From sequence record OX638288: a DNA stretch of 64,000 nt; one strand, 5' to 3'. This DNA is from Escherichia phage UP19. Shown here piece after piece: positions 21,101-31,345 of the stretch. Within the stretch, counting starts at the first letter, position 1, and the number at the start of each line of letters is the position of its first letter. A model generated the notes under the pieces. The model saw only the letters and a program-made list of their open reading frames with translations, did no database searches and was not told the origin of the DNA. A program made the position numbers and the translations under genes.

Positions 21101-22030
21101 ACGCAGTCGAGTTTGGCGGTCTCCGTCCCAAACATACCACATTTTTTCAACAGAGTTATAAACAAAGAACCCATCACCAGAGGTACGGAATTCCATGCTG
21201 TGCTGGCCAGGCTTACCTAATGAAGACGACGCATCAAACGTTTCAACTACTAAATGGAACTTACTTCCAAGACCATCGATATCAACGGTTTTAACCATAT
21301 CACCTTGGTTTGCATACTTAGGAAGAGTAAATTTAATTACTGCGCCTGAAGTATAACGACGTAAAACGTTATCACCTGCTTGTGATTGGAACTGTGCAGT
21401 GTTAGGCTCTACACGAATACCGCGTTCTTCATTACTGGCTTCCCAAAAATGCCAAAGACGGTTAGCAAAGATAAGCATGTTATAAGAAAAAGGTTTGGTT
21501 ATCAGAGTTTCAGAGAACTGGTTACCAAATCGAACAATTTTCTGATTACCACCACCTGGAGCGGAACTAGATTGAACCTTGATTTCATTATAACCTACAC
21601 GGCCACCGATGTCCTTGATTACAATGGTATCACCATCAGTAGGGTTAGGAGGCAGAGTAAATGTAGTAAAGCTAGCAGCAGAATCCACTGCGATATATTC
21701 ACCAGAAGCCAGCTGGCGCGTAGGAGATGCTACTGTAATCCATTTAGGGTCAGTACGGGTAGCGGCCCAATAACCAGGTACAAAAGTTCCAGCCGGTGCA
21801 ACGATATCACGTTGGGCAACCCAAATACGTTGGTCATGGATTACTGCAAACCCTTTCTTATATCCGCGCGTCTCGTCGTACGCCTGGATGGTGTTCTCAT
21901 CTATAAAGAATTCAACGTTGACGCCATCATCTAGTACATTGTAATCGGCTTTGGCAACATTGATAACTTTCTCGCCCGCAGCATCGAGTCCGGATGTAGC
22001 ACGGAATGCAGGTTTTAAAATATCAGCCAT
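18131..22030 (-). CDS. 34: gp34 long tail fibre proximal subunit
   Basis: 1299 aa (T4 gp34 1289 aa); repetitive beta-rich sequence; synteny. Confidence 0.9.
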   Translation of the reverse strand: MADILKPAFRATSGLDAAGEKVINVAKADYNVLDDGVNVEFFIDENTIQAYDETRGYKKGFAVIHDQRIWVAQRDIVAPAGTFVPGYWAATRTDPKWITVASPTRQLASGEYIAVDSAASFTTFTLPPNPTDGDTIVIKDIGGRVGYNEIKVQSSSAPGGGNQKIVRFGNQFSETLITKPFSYNMLIFANRLWHFWEASNEERGIRVEPNTAQFQSQAGDNVLRRYTSGAVIKFTLPKYANQGDMVKTVDIDGLGSKFHLVVETFDASSSLGKPGQHSMEFRTSGDGFFVYNSVEKMWYVWDGDRQTRLRVIRDDVELLANESIIVFGPNNTTPQTINITLPTSVAQGDTIKIALNYLRKAQTVNIKAALGDKIASSVQLLQFPKRSEYPPDTEWVLNDVLTFNGNLSYTPVIELSYIEDTTTGGKYWVVAQNVPTVERVDSKDDLTRARLGVIALASQTQANVDHENNPEKELAITPQTLANRVATESRRGIARIATTAQVNQNTTFAFQDDLIISPKKLNERTATETRRGVAEIATQQETDAGVDDTTIITPKKLQTRQGTESLSGIVKYTSTVDTTPATARDTVGTNVYNKNTTTLVISPKALDQYKADQNNQGAVYLATQAEVNAGATNPGFSNSVVTPETLGARRSTDTNHGLIEIATQAETDAGTDYTRAVTPKTLNDRKATETLTGIARIGTQVEFDAGVLDNVISTPLKIKTRFDNTARTSVSAASGLVESGTLWNHYTLDIREASNTQRGTARLATQTEVNTGTDDKTIITPLKLQAKKATENAEGIIQLATQTEVISGTVSNKAFSPKHYKYIVQQEKSWEATSARRGYVKLTTGTATWEGDDTNGSVANLAKFEDDGFAISPLQMNTALTHYLPIKGKAFDSDKLDNLDSSQFVRRDIDQIVEGTLTLRKNIRVDGQLATGGTGEFGGSLAANRTFTIRNTGLPTSIIFEKGPASGSNPVQSMSIRVWGNQYGGGSDTSRSTVFEVGDETSNHFYSQRNKDGNIAFSINGTVMPINVNASGLMNVNGVATFGRSVTAQGEIISYSPNAFRAINGNYGFIIRNAGNDTFFVLSHAGEQTGGFNALRPLTINNQSGQVTIGEGLIIAKGATINSGGLTVNSRIRSQGTKPADLYSRKPDADNTGFWSVDVNDSATYNQFPGYFKMVEKINEVTGLPYLVRGEEVKSPGTLTQFGNTLNSLYQDWITYPNTADGSTTRWTRTWQQNKNAWSGFVQVFDGGNPPQPSDIGALPSDNASMSNLTIRDWLRIGNVRIIPDPVTRSVKFEWIDTP

Positions 22031-22062
22031 TTTATTTCCTTTTCGTTTTCAGGGTATAGAAC

Positions 22063-22070
22063 TATTTATA
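22063..22070 (-). promoter_or_regulatory. late promoter TATAAATA for gene 34
   Basis: reverse complement TATAAATA about 33 nt upstream of gp34 ATG. Confidence 0.6.
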
Positions 22071-22077
22071 GCAAAGT

Positions 22078-22106
22078 GTTTACTTCTTCCAGGGCCATGA
22101 TATAAT
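22078..22106 (+). promoter_or_regulatory. early promoter for rnh
   Basis: GTTTAC ... TATAAT. Confidence 0.5.
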
Positions 22107-22137
22107 AACCTTCTACACTAATTGGACAGAGGTTCAT

Positions 22138-23085
22138 ATGAACGATTTAGATTTTTTACTTCCTGAAGAAGACCAACAAAAAGATGGATTTTTACTCCTG
22201 GATTTCAGCCAAATCATTATGGCGGCAGCCTTCCAAGAATTTGGTGAAAACGCTGGATTTCCTAAAGTAACCACAGCAATGCTTCGACACCTCGTGTTGA
22301 ATTCAATCAAGAAAAACATTAAAGACTTTAAAAAACAAGGTTACAACCAACTAATCATTTGTGTTGATAACTCTAAATCAGGTTATTGGCGTCGTCGATA
22401 TTCTTCTTATTATAAGAAAAACCGTGCCAAGGCCCGTGACGAATCACCATTTGATTGGGAAGGCTTATTCACTGCAATGCATATTATTGTGGATGAACTG
22501 GAACAAAATATGCCTTATATTGTTATGAATATCGATACAATCGAGGCCGATGACCATATTGCTGTGTTGACTCGTATCCTTACGGCTAAAGGCCATCCGG
22601 TTATGATTGGTTCTTCTGATGGTGACTTTACCCAACTTCATAAATTCCCTGGTGTAAAACAATGGTCTCCAATGCAGAAAAAATTCGTCAAAACAAAATC
22701 TGGTGATGCTCTGCTTGATTGTGTGACTAAGGTTATTAAAGGTGACCGCAAGGATAACGTTGCAAGTATTAAAGTTCGTGGTGATTATTGGTTGACAATG
22801 GTTGAAGGTGAACGTACTCCTAGCACTCGTGCTAAGGAACTTGAAGCAATTGCTCTGAATTATTATGACCATGATATAATTAAAACACTTCTTACTGAGG
22901 AACAATATGAACGTTTCTGTGAAAACCAAATCTTAATTGATATGGACTTTATTCCAGATGATATTGTTGCTTTAATTACTGAAAGATATAATACGTATAA
23001 CAAACCTTCGAAATCTAAAGTTTATCCTTATTTCGTTAAATCAGGTTTGTCTAAACTAACTGCTACAGTAGCTGATTTTTATTAA
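22138..23085 (+). CDS. rnh: RNase H (5'-3' exonuclease, FEN-family)
   Basis: 315 aa; ...DFSQI...YWRR..YYKKNR.KAR...DHIAVL...SSDGDFTQLHK matches recalled T4 RNase H. Confidence 0.9.
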   Translation: MNDLDFLLPEEDQQKDGFLLLDFSQIIMAAAFQEFGENAGFPKVTTAMLRHLVLNSIKKNIKDFKKQGYNQLIICVDNSKSGYWRRRYSSYYKKNRAKARDESPFDWEGLFTAMHIIVDELEQNMPYIVMNIDTIEADDHIAVLTRILTAKGHPVMIGSSDGDFTQLHKFPGVKQWSPMQKKFVKTKSGDALLDCVTKVIKGDRKDNVASIKVRGDYWLTMVEGERTPSTRAKELEAIALNYYDHDIIKTLLTEEQYERFCENQILIDMDFIPDDIVALITERYNTYNKPSKSKVYPYFVKSGLSKLTATVADFY

Positions 23086-23095
23086 GGTGAATATA

Positions 23096-23365
23096 ATGGC
23101 TAAAGAAAAAGTGAAAGTTGAATTCAATCAAGAAGAACATGGTAATACCCTAGCCCAGTTGATTAAAACGGCTTCCGATACTAAATTAAAAATGGAAGCA
23201 TATGGTGACGAAATTAAAGATATCAAAGACCGTGCTAAGACTGAACTTGGTGTAGACGGTAAAATGTTTAACCAGTTGTTCTCCCTGTATCATAAAGGCA
23301 CTCGTGAACGTTTCGAAGACGAAAAAACTGAAGTGGTAGAACTGTATGACACAATCTTTGAATGA
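23096..23365 (+). CDS. dsbA: DsbA-like dsDNA-binding late transcription enhancer (assignment by size and position)
   Basis: 89 aa from ATG 23096 (T4 DsbA 89 aa); ORF track starts at GTG 23087. Confidence 0.55.
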   Translation: MAKEKVKVEFNQEEHGNTLAQLIKTASDTKLKMEAYGDEIKDIKDRAKTELGVDGKMFNQLFSLYHKGTRERFEDEKTEVVELYDTIFE

Positions 23366-23648
23366 TTTTGATGGAGCGGTTAATACCGCTTCTGAACCTG
23401 TCCATGTATTGGTAAATAAACAACAGAATGGCCTTGATATTGAGGCCTTTGTTGAGGCTGAAGGGTGTAGTTACCTCGAAGCGGCTACTGCATGGTTAGA
23501 AGAGAACAGCATCCCTGAAGGTAACTTTGCTCGTTATTTGCCTGCAGGAATTATTGATAAAATTATGAACGAGGCCATTGATGATAACTTGCTTCGTCCT
23601 TCAATGGCACGAACGCAAAAAACTAATACCTTGGATTTCTTGTTATGA
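23346..23648 (+). CDS. 33: gp33 late transcription co-activator
   Basis: 100 aa; C-terminal ...SYLEAATAWLEENSIPEG...LLRPS...TNTLDFLL resembles recalled T4 gp33. Confidence 0.7.
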   Translation: MTQSLNDFDGAVNTASEPVHVLVNKQQNGLDIEAFVEAEGCSYLEAATAWLEENSIPEGNFARYLPAGIIDKIMNEAIDDNLLRPSMARTQKTNTLDFLL

Positions 23649-24298
23649 TTAAGATTCGCATGCCACCAAACAATAATCGTATGGTGAATGGTAAGAGCGT
23701 ATATTCACTATACTTAATGCTCAAACATCACTTCAATGCCAAATACGACGTTATCAAATACAACTGGGTCATGCGAATCTCTGATACGGCTTACCAAAAA
23801 CGTCGTGACAAATATTTCTTCGAGAAATTGAGTGATAAATACACTTTGAAAGAGCTTGCTCTTATCTTCATGAGTAACTTGGTGGCTAACCAAGACGCAT
23901 GGATTGGCGACATCAGTGATGCTGACGCCTTAGTCTTTTACCGAGAATACATTGGTAGACTTAAAAGAATAAAACAAGTTTTTGAGGATGATATCAAAAA
24001 CATCTATTATTTCAGTAAGAAAGTGGAAGTTCAAGCGCTTTCTGAAATTTTTGATTATAATAAAAAAGTTAACTCAAGCTATATTTTTAAGCTCCTTCAA
24101 TCGAATGTTATTTCGTTCGAAACGTTTATTTTGCTTGATTCATTTATGGATATAATAAATAAACATGATGAACAGACCAACGATTTAGTGTGGTCTAAGT
24201 ATTCGACTAAATTAAATGCTTATAAGAAAATTCTTATAATCGATAATTTAGAAGCTCGTAAATTGTTCATTGAAACTATCAAATCTTGTAAGTTTTAA
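23645..24298 (+). CDS. 59: gp59 helicase loader
   Basis: 217 aa (same as T4 gp59); ...LVANQDAWIGDISDADALVFYREYIGRLK... matches recalled T4 gp59. Confidence 0.9.
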   Translation: MIKIRMPPNNNRMVNGKSVYSLYLMLKHHFNAKYDVIKYNWVMRISDTAYQKRRDKYFFEKLSDKYTLKELALIFMSNLVANQDAWIGDISDADALVFYREYIGRLKRIKQVFEDDIKNIYYFSKKVEVQALSEIFDYNKKVNSSYIFKLLQSNVISFETFILLDSFMDIINKHDEQTNDLVWSKYSTKLNAYKKILIIDNLEARKLFIETIKSCKF

Positions 24299-24299
24299 T

Positions 24300-24388
24300 G
24301 CTTCATATCAAATGTGTTAATATACTAACTCAATCTGTTAAAAACTGTTAATAAAATACAACTGCTAAAATCTGCTAAGGTAAATAAT
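24300..24388 (+). promoter_or_regulatory. gene 32 mRNA leader / putative translational operator
   Basis: AT-rich leader with repeated CTGTTAA/CTGCTAA motifs before the ribosome-binding site; by analogy to T4 gene 32 autoregulation. Confidence 0.4.
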
Positions 24389-25294
24389 ATGTTCAAACGT
24401 AAAGACCCTTCCCAACTGGCTGCTCAACTGTCTGCAATGAAAGGTGGTTCTTCTTTCTCTTCCGATGATAAAGCTGAATGGAAATTGAAAGATGACAATG
24501 GTGTTGGTACTGCGGTAATTCGTTTCCTACCTTCGAAAAACGAAGAAAATCCATCTCCATTCATTAAGCTCGTTAACCACGGCTTTAAGAAAAATGGTCA
24601 ATGGTACATTGAAAACTGTACGTCTACTCACGGCGATTTCGATTCATGTCCTGTATGTAAATACATGAACCAGAACGATACGTTTAATACAAACAACGCT
24701 GAATACAAACTGATGAAACGTAAAACTTCCTTCTGGGCTAACATCCTTGTTATTAAGGATAGTGCAGTGCCTGCTAACGAAGGTAAAGTGTTTAAATTCC
24801 GTTTCGGTCAGAAAATTATGGATAAAATCAACCAGATGGTTGAAGTTGATACTGATATTGGTGAAGTGCCGGTTGATGTAACATGTCCGTTTGATGGTGC
24901 TAACTTCGTACTGAAATCTAAGAAAGTTGGCGACTTCAAAAACTACGACGATTCCAAATTCATGGGTCAGTCTGAAATTCCTAACATCAATGATGAAGCT
25001 TACCAAGCTAAATTGATGGAAGAAATGCACGACCTTTCTAAACTGCTCGAGTTCAAATCGTTTGAAACTAATGAAGCCAAGTTTAAGAAAGTTGTTGGTA
25101 CTGCTGCCCTTGGTGGTGCTGCCGCTAAAGCTTCTGCAGCTGCTGATAAGATTGGTGATGACCTGGACGCATTCAGTGCAGACCTCGATGCATACGACTC
25201 TAAACCATCTACGCCAGCTCGTTCCACCACTCCTGAACCATCAGTAAGTCCTTCTGATGATGACGGCCTGGACGACCTGTTAGCTGGTCTATAA
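24389..25294 (+). CDS. 32: gp32 single-stranded DNA-binding protein
   Basis: 301 aa; zinc-binding Cys/His region (..[14 protein letters not shown]..) and acidic C-terminus. Confidence 0.95.
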   Translation: MFKRKDPSQLAAQLSAMKGGSSFSSDDKAEWKLKDDNGVGTAVIRFLPSKNEENPSPFIKLVNHGFKKNGQWYIENCTSTHGDFDSCPVCKYMNQNDTFNTNNAEYKLMKRKTSFWANILVIKDSAVPANEGKVFKFRFGQKIMDKINQMVEVDTDIGEVPVDVTCPFDGANFVLKSKKVGDFKNYDDSKFMGQSEIPNINDEAYQAKLMEEMHDLSKLLEFKSFETNEAKFKKVVGTAALGGAAAKASAAADKIGDDLDAFSADLDAYDSKPSTPARSTTPEPSVSPSDDDGLDDLLAGL

Positions 25295-25310
25295 GTTATT
25301 GATTTATAAT

Positions 25311-25336
25311 GGGAAGACTTCGGTCTTCCCTTTTTG
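25311..25336 (+). terminator. intrinsic terminator after gene 32
   Basis: GGGAAGAC-TTCG-GTCTTCCC followed by TTTTT. Confidence 0.75.
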
Positions 25337-25346
25337 GCATTTAATG

Positions 25347-25375
25347 GTTTACAAAGCCTTTAAACGTGATACTAT
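25347..25375 (+). promoter_or_regulatory. early promoter (GTTTAC / TACTAT)
   Basis: GTTTACAAAGCCTTTAAACGTGATACTATAGAC. Confidence 0.5.
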
Positions 25376-25404
25376 AGACATATCAACTACATGAGGAAAT
25401 AAAA

Positions 25405-25773
25405 ATGGAAATCGGTAAAATTTACGTATTAGACCAATCTTCTAAAAAACGTTTCATCTCTGAGCACCCAGATGGTAATGCTCTTATGGTTAAGCGGATG
25501 GCAGAGTGTGGTGACACCTTCAAAGTCCTGGATATGTGCTTTGTTGAAGGCGATTATTTTGTTGAAAAAGTTGAAATGAAAGATGGCACCATCCTTAATA
25601 GTCAGGATGACGGTGATGATTACTTTGAACTCTCTGAATGGGAATTCAGATACTTCTTGGAAGTGGATGAAGCTCCGGCTCCTGATGTTGACACGCAAAC
25701 CATTCATGTGCAAGTTAATCACAAAAATGCGGCGGAAGTCATTGCCTTGATTAAAGCTACCTTTGGAATTTAA
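25405..25773 (+). CDS. hypothetical protein (frd.x-type early ORF)
   Basis: 122 aa ORF. Confidence 0.5.
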   Translation: MEIGKIYVLDQSSKKRFISEHPDGNALMVKRMAECGDTFKVLDMCFVEGDYFVEKVEMKDGTILNSQDDGDDYFELSEWEFRYFLEVDEAPAPDVDTQTIHVQVNHKNAAEVIALIKATFGI

Positions 25774-26029
25774 TATGACTAAAGATGATTTCCTGGATGC
25801 GGTAGAAAAAGCCAGTGAGAAATTTGAAGTGATGGGTGTACGAGTCCATAAAGACCGAAATTACGGGCTCGATATTCAAACGTATTCGTTATGGCTTGTA
25901 GGCGAGCATAGTCTTGCAACCACTTTAGTTATGGGTGTAGATACTTATCCTTTATTGGTCAAGTTCAGAAGTATGGAAAAGGCTACTAAAGAAATGATTA
26001 AGCTTGGTAAGTGGCCCGATAAAATTTAA
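25763..26029 (+). CDS. hypothetical protein
   Basis: 88 aa ORF. Confidence 0.45.
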   Translation: MEFNMTKDDFLDAVEKASEKFEVMGVRVHKDRNYGLDIQTYSLWLVGEHSLATTLVMGVDTYPLLVKFRSMEKATKEMIKLGKWPDKI

Positions 26030-26036
26030 AAAAGTT

Positions 26037-26066
26037 GTTTACAACGGTCTATGGTTGAGATACTAT
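26037..26066 (+). promoter_or_regulatory. early promoter in stem-loop cassette (PeSL-like)
   Basis: GTTTACAACGGTCTATGG...TACTATAGACC; GGTCTAT/ATAGACC inverted repeat. Confidence 0.55.
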
Positions 26067-26094
26067 AGACCTATCAACTAATGAGGAAATTAAA

Positions 26095-26322
26095 ATGGCT
26101 AAGGTTAATATTGATATCGTTGATTTTGAATACACTTACGAAGTTATCCGCAATCGTTATCCTTCTTTGTGTATGACTTACATTAAAGATACCCAATTCT
26201 GTAGTATGCAAATTGAAGTTCAAGGTCCTCTTGAAGACCTTACCCGTTTTATGGCTGATGAATATTGTGATGGTATGCACCCTGAAGACACCAAATTTTA
26301 TATGGGCTTAATTCAAAAATAA
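26095..26322 (+). CDS. hypothetical protein
   Basis: 75 aa ORF. Confidence 0.5.
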   Translation: MAKVNIDIVDFEYTYEVIRNRYPSLCMTYIKDTQFCSMQIEVQGPLEDLTRFMADEYCDGMHPEDTKFYMGLIQK

Positions 26323-26324
26323 TT

Positions 26325-26354
26325 GTTTACAACAGGCTATGGTAGTGATACTAT
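26325..26354 (+). promoter_or_regulatory. early promoter in stem-loop cassette (PeSL-like)
   Basis: GTTTACAACAGGCTATGG...TACTATAGCC. Confidence 0.55.
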
Positions 26355-26382
26355 AGCCCCTTATCAACTTGAGGAGAATAAA

Positions 26383-26622
26383 ATGAAATTACAACGCGAA
26401 TCAATTAAAGATTCTGAAGTTAAAGGCAAATGGTACTTCACAATCCAAGGTAACAATCCGGAAGCTCTGGAAAAAGCCGAACAAGCTTTGTGTGAAATGG
26501 GCTGGAAAGATGAGTGTGATGGTTGTCCTCTTTATGAAGATGGTAGCTCATCCGGTTTCTGGATTCATCACTCTGACGTCGACCAATTTAAAGCCGACTG
26601 GAAAGTTGCTAAGAAAGCGTGA
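26383..26622 (+). CDS. hypothetical protein
   Basis: start moved to ATG after GAGGAGA ribosome-binding site (ORF track 26323..26622). Confidence 0.5.
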   Translation: MKLQRESIKDSEVKGKWYFTIQGNNPEALEKAEQALCEMGWKDECDGCPLYEDGSSSGFWIHHSDVDQFKADWKVAKKA

Positions 26623-26632
26623 GGAAAATATA

Positions 26633-27754
<1,122 letters not shown>

Positions 27755-27755
<1 letters not shown>

Positions 27756-28615
27756 TGAAACAATACCAATTTTTAATTAAAGATATCCTGGAAAATGGCT
27801 ACGAAACCGACGACCGTACCGGCACCGGTACAATTGCACTGTTCGGTACTAAATTACGTTTTGATTTAACTAAAGGCTTTCCTGCAGTAACAACTAAAAA
27901 ATTAGCATGGAAAGCCTGCATTGCTGAGCTCCTTTGGTTCCTTTCGGGTTCAACAAACGTTAACGACCTTCGTTTACGTACTCACGGTTCATTAATTGGT
28001 GGTAAAACTATTTGGGACGAGAATTATGAAAATCAGGCCAAAGATTTAGGTTATCATAGCGGTGAACTCGGTCCTGTATATGGGAAACAATGGCGAGATT
28101 TTGGTGGTGTCGACCAGGTTGTAGAAATCATCGACCGTATTAAAAAGATGCCTAATGACCGACGTCAAATCGTATCTGCATGGAACCCGGCTGAAATCAA
28201 CCAGATGGCTCTTCCACCATGTCATTGTTTTTATCAGTTCAACGTTCGTAACGGCCATCTTGACCTCCAGTGGTACCAACGTTCTGTTGACGTGTTCTTA
28301 GGATTACCATTTAATATCGCCTCTTACGCCGCTCTTGTGCATATTGTAGCTAAGATGTGTAATCTTATTCCTGGCGATTTAGTGTTCTCAGGCGGCAATA
28401 CGCACATCTATTCTAACCACGTTGAACAATGCCAGGAAGTTCTTCGTCGTGAACCTAAAGAACTGTGTGAACTGGAAATTAATTGGCCTGAAGGATTCTC
28501 TGATTGGAGCACGACATTACAGCTTCATTGGGTAACAGAGCATATGGTCCATGAAGATTTTAAACTCATTGGTTACGAATCACACCCTACCATTAAGGCT
28601 AAAATGGCTGTATGA
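27755..28615 (+). CDS. td: thymidylate synthase, uninterrupted (no intron)
   Basis: 286 aa from MKQYQ...; ThyA active-site region ..ALPPCH.FYQF..; single continuous ORF (ORF track starts at TTG 27743). Confidence 0.9.
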
Positions 28616-28676
28616 AAATTCAAATAATCTGTACTCTGTTTTTGGTTATTATGGTCGGACTGAATTTGGTGCTATA

Positions 28677-28970
28677 ATGAGAGTCTGTAGAGTTGTTAAC
28701 AAGTATAAAGAAGATTTTGATGTCAATATCCAGCGTGGAACCATGTGGGGTAATCCATTTAAAGATGGTACCCGCGAGGAAAACATCAAGAACTTTAAAG
28801 AATACTTTATTGCTAAAATAAAATCGGGTGAAATTAAAAGAGAACACCTTGAAACCCTTAGAGGTATGCGAATAGCGTGTACCTGTAAACCTAAGGACTG
28901 TCATGGGGATGTGATAGCCCTGGTTGTTAACAAACTTTTCAAAGATACGTTCTCATTAGAAGACCTATAA
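28677..28970 (+). CDS. DUF4326-like small protein
   Basis: ...WGNPF...C.C.P..CHGDV... motif pattern; start uncertain (ORF 28551 overlaps td). Confidence 0.5.
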   Translation: MRVCRVVNKYKEDFDVNIQRGTMWGNPFKDGTREENIKNFKEYFIAKIKSGEIKREHLETLRGMRIACTCKPKDCHGDVIALVVNKLFKDTFSLEDL

Positions 28971-29036
28971 ATATCAGTCCATGCTTAACAGGTTCTATGT
29001 TATTATAGATGTAGAACCTAACATATTGAGGAAATT

Positions 29037-31292
29037 ATGCAAGTACAAAAGAGTAGTGGTGTATCCCAAGATTTTGACGCACAAAAAATTATTAAAGTTC
29101 TGACTTGGGGCTGTGAAGGAACCCAAATCGACCCCTATGAATTATACGAAGAAATCAAAACCCACCTTCGTGATGGTATGACTACCAAAGATATCCAAAA
29201 TCTGACTGTTAAGGTAGCGGCCAACCTTATCTCGGTTGAAGAGCCTGACTATCAGTATGTTGCTGCAAAGCAATTGATGTTTGCACTGCGTAAAGAAGTT
29301 TACGGTCAGTTTGAACCACGTAGTTTTATCGACCATATTTCCTATTGTGTTAACGAAGGTAAATATGACCCTGAGTTGTTATCTCGTTACTCTGCAGAAG
29401 AAATTACTTTCTTAGAATCCCATATTAAGCATGAACGTGATTTCGAATTGACCTATGCAGGTGCGATGCAGCTTAAAGAGAAATATCTGGTTAAAGATAA
29501 AACCACCGGTAAAATCTATGAAACTCCTCAGTTCGCTATCATGTGTATTGGTATGGCCTTACACCAAGATGAGCCAGGTAACCGTTTAGCACATATTATT
29601 CGTTTTTATGACGCTGTAAGTACTCGACAGGTTTCGTTGCCTACTCCTATTATGGCTGGAGCACGTACACCGACTCGTCAATTTAGTTCTTGTGTGGTTA
29701 TTGAAGCTGGCGACTCACTGAAATCTATTAACAAAACTGCGAACTCGATAATTGAATACATTTCTAAACGTGCAGGTATTGGTATCAACGTTGGTATGAT
29801 TCGTGCTGAAGGTTCTCGTATTGGCATGGGTGAAGTCAAACATACCGGTGTTATTCCATTCTGGAAGCATTTCCAGACTGCTGTTAAATCATGTTCACAA
29901 GGTGGAATCCGTGGCGGCGCTGCTACTGCTTATTATCCTATTTGGCATTTGGAAGTTGAAAATCTGCTCGTTCTGAAAAACAACAAGGGTGTCGATGAAA
30001 ACCGTATCCGTCATATGGACTACGGAATCCAGTTGAATGACCTTATGATGGAACGTTTCGGTAAGAATGATTACATCACGCTGTTCAGTCCTCATGAAAT
30101 GGGCGGTGAGCTTTATTATTCTTATTTCGAAGACCAAGAACGTTTCCGTGAATTGTATGAAGCTGCTGAAAAAGACCCTAGTATTCGTAAGAAACGTATT
30201 AAAGCACGCGACCTCTTCGAATTGTTTATGACCGAACGTTCAGGCACTGCACGAATTTATCCACAGTTCGTTGATAACACCAACAACTTTACGCCATTTA
30301 TTCGTGAGAAAGCTCCTATTCGTCAGAGCAACTTGTGTTGTGAAATTGCTATCCCAACTACCGATGTTAACAGTCCGGACGCTGAAATTGGGTTGTGTAC
30401 GCTGTCTGCATTCGTGTTGGATAACTTTGATTGGCAAGACCAAGACAAAATCAATGAGCTGGCTGAAGTACAGGTACGTGCACTTGATAACCTGTTAGAT
30501 TATCAAAGCTATCCTGTTCCTGAAGCTCTGAAGGCTAAAAAGCGTCGTAACTTGGGTGTCGGCGTTACTAACTACGCAGCATGGCTGGCAAGCAACTTTG
30601 CTTCTTATGAAGATGCTAACGATTTAACTCATGAACTGTTTGAGAGATTACAATATGGACTTATCCGAGCATCAATCAAATTGGCCGAAGAAAAAGGACC
30701 TTGCGAGTATTATTCAGACACTAAGTGGTCTCGAGGCGAATTACCTATCGACTGGTACAATAAAAAGATTGACCAAATCGCGGCCCCAAACTATGTTTGT
30801 GACTGGTCGGCGTTGCGGGAAGACTTGTCTAAACATGGCATCCGTAATAGCACATTATCAGCACTTATGCCATGCGAGTCAAGCAGCCAAGTTTCCAACT
30901 CTACCAACGGTATCGAACCTCCGCGCGGCCCGGTAAGTATTAAAGAATCTAAAGAAGGTAACTTCCGACAGGTAGTTCCTAATGTAGAACATAACCAAGG
31001 CCTTTATGATTACGCTTGGAGCCTCGCTAAGAAAGGTAATAAACCTTATCTTACCCAAGTAGCAATTATGTTGAAATGGGTTTGCCAATCAGCATCAGCG
31101 AATACGTATTACGACCCTCAGAACTATGAGAAAGGAAAAGTTCCTATGTCAGTAATGCTTGATGACCTGTTATATTTCTGGTACTTTGGTGGTAAGAACC
31201 TTTACTATCATAACACCCGTGACGGCTCTGGTACCGACGATTATGAAATCGAAACTCCTAAAGCCGATGATTGTGCAGCTTGTAAGCTTTAA
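29037..31292 (+). CDS. nrdA: ribonucleotide reductase class Ia alpha subunit
   Basis: 751 aa; N-terminal ATP-cone, catalytic cysteines, C-terminal CxxC tail. Confidence 0.95.
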   Translation: MQVQKSSGVSQDFDAQKIIKVLTWGCEGTQIDPYELYEEIKTHLRDGMTTKDIQNLTVKVAANLISVEEPDYQYVAAKQLMFALRKEVYGQFEPRSFIDHISYCVNEGKYDPELLSRYSAEEITFLESHIKHERDFELTYAGAMQLKEKYLVKDKTTGKIYETPQFAIMCIGMALHQDEPGNRLAHIIRFYDAVSTRQVSLPTPIMAGARTPTRQFSSCVVIEAGDSLKSINKTANSIIEYISKRAGIGINVGMIRAEGSRIGMGEVKHTGVIPFWKHFQTAVKSCSQGGIRGGAATAYYPIWHLEVENLLVLKNNKGVDENRIRHMDYGIQLNDLMMERFGKNDYITLFSPHEMGGELYYSYFEDQERFRELYEAAEKDPSIRKKRIKARDLFELFMTERSGTARIYPQFVDNTNNFTPFIREKAPIRQSNLCCEIAIPTTDVNSPDAEIGLCTLSAFVLDNFDWQDQDKINELAEVQVRALDNLLDYQSYPVPEALKAKKRRNLGVGVTNYAAWLASNFASYEDANDLTHELFERLQYGLIRASIKLAEEKGPCEYYSDTKWSRGELPIDWYNKKIDQIAAPNYVCDWSALREDLSKHGIRNSTLSALMPCESSSQVSNSTNGIEPPRGPVSIKESKEGNFRQVVPNVEHNQGLYDYAWSLAKKGNKPYLTQVAIMLKWVCQSASANTYYDPQNYEKGKVPMSVMLDDLLYFWYFGGKNLYYHNTRDGSGTDDYEIETPKADDCAACKL

Positions 31293-31345
31293 TAAAATCT
31301 GATTATAATTGACTCATGGATGAGTCACTAACAAATGAGAATAAT

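Noticed and set aside
21386-21934. 182-aa ORF on + strand
   Set aside because: Antisense within gene 34; shadow ORF.
22465-22929. 154-aa ORF on - strand
   Set aside because: Antisense to rnh; shadow ORF.
28551-28676. 5' extension of the DUF4326-like ORF
   Set aside because: Overlaps the 3' end of td in another frame with no ribosome-binding site; the conserved domain starts after the internal ATG at 28677.
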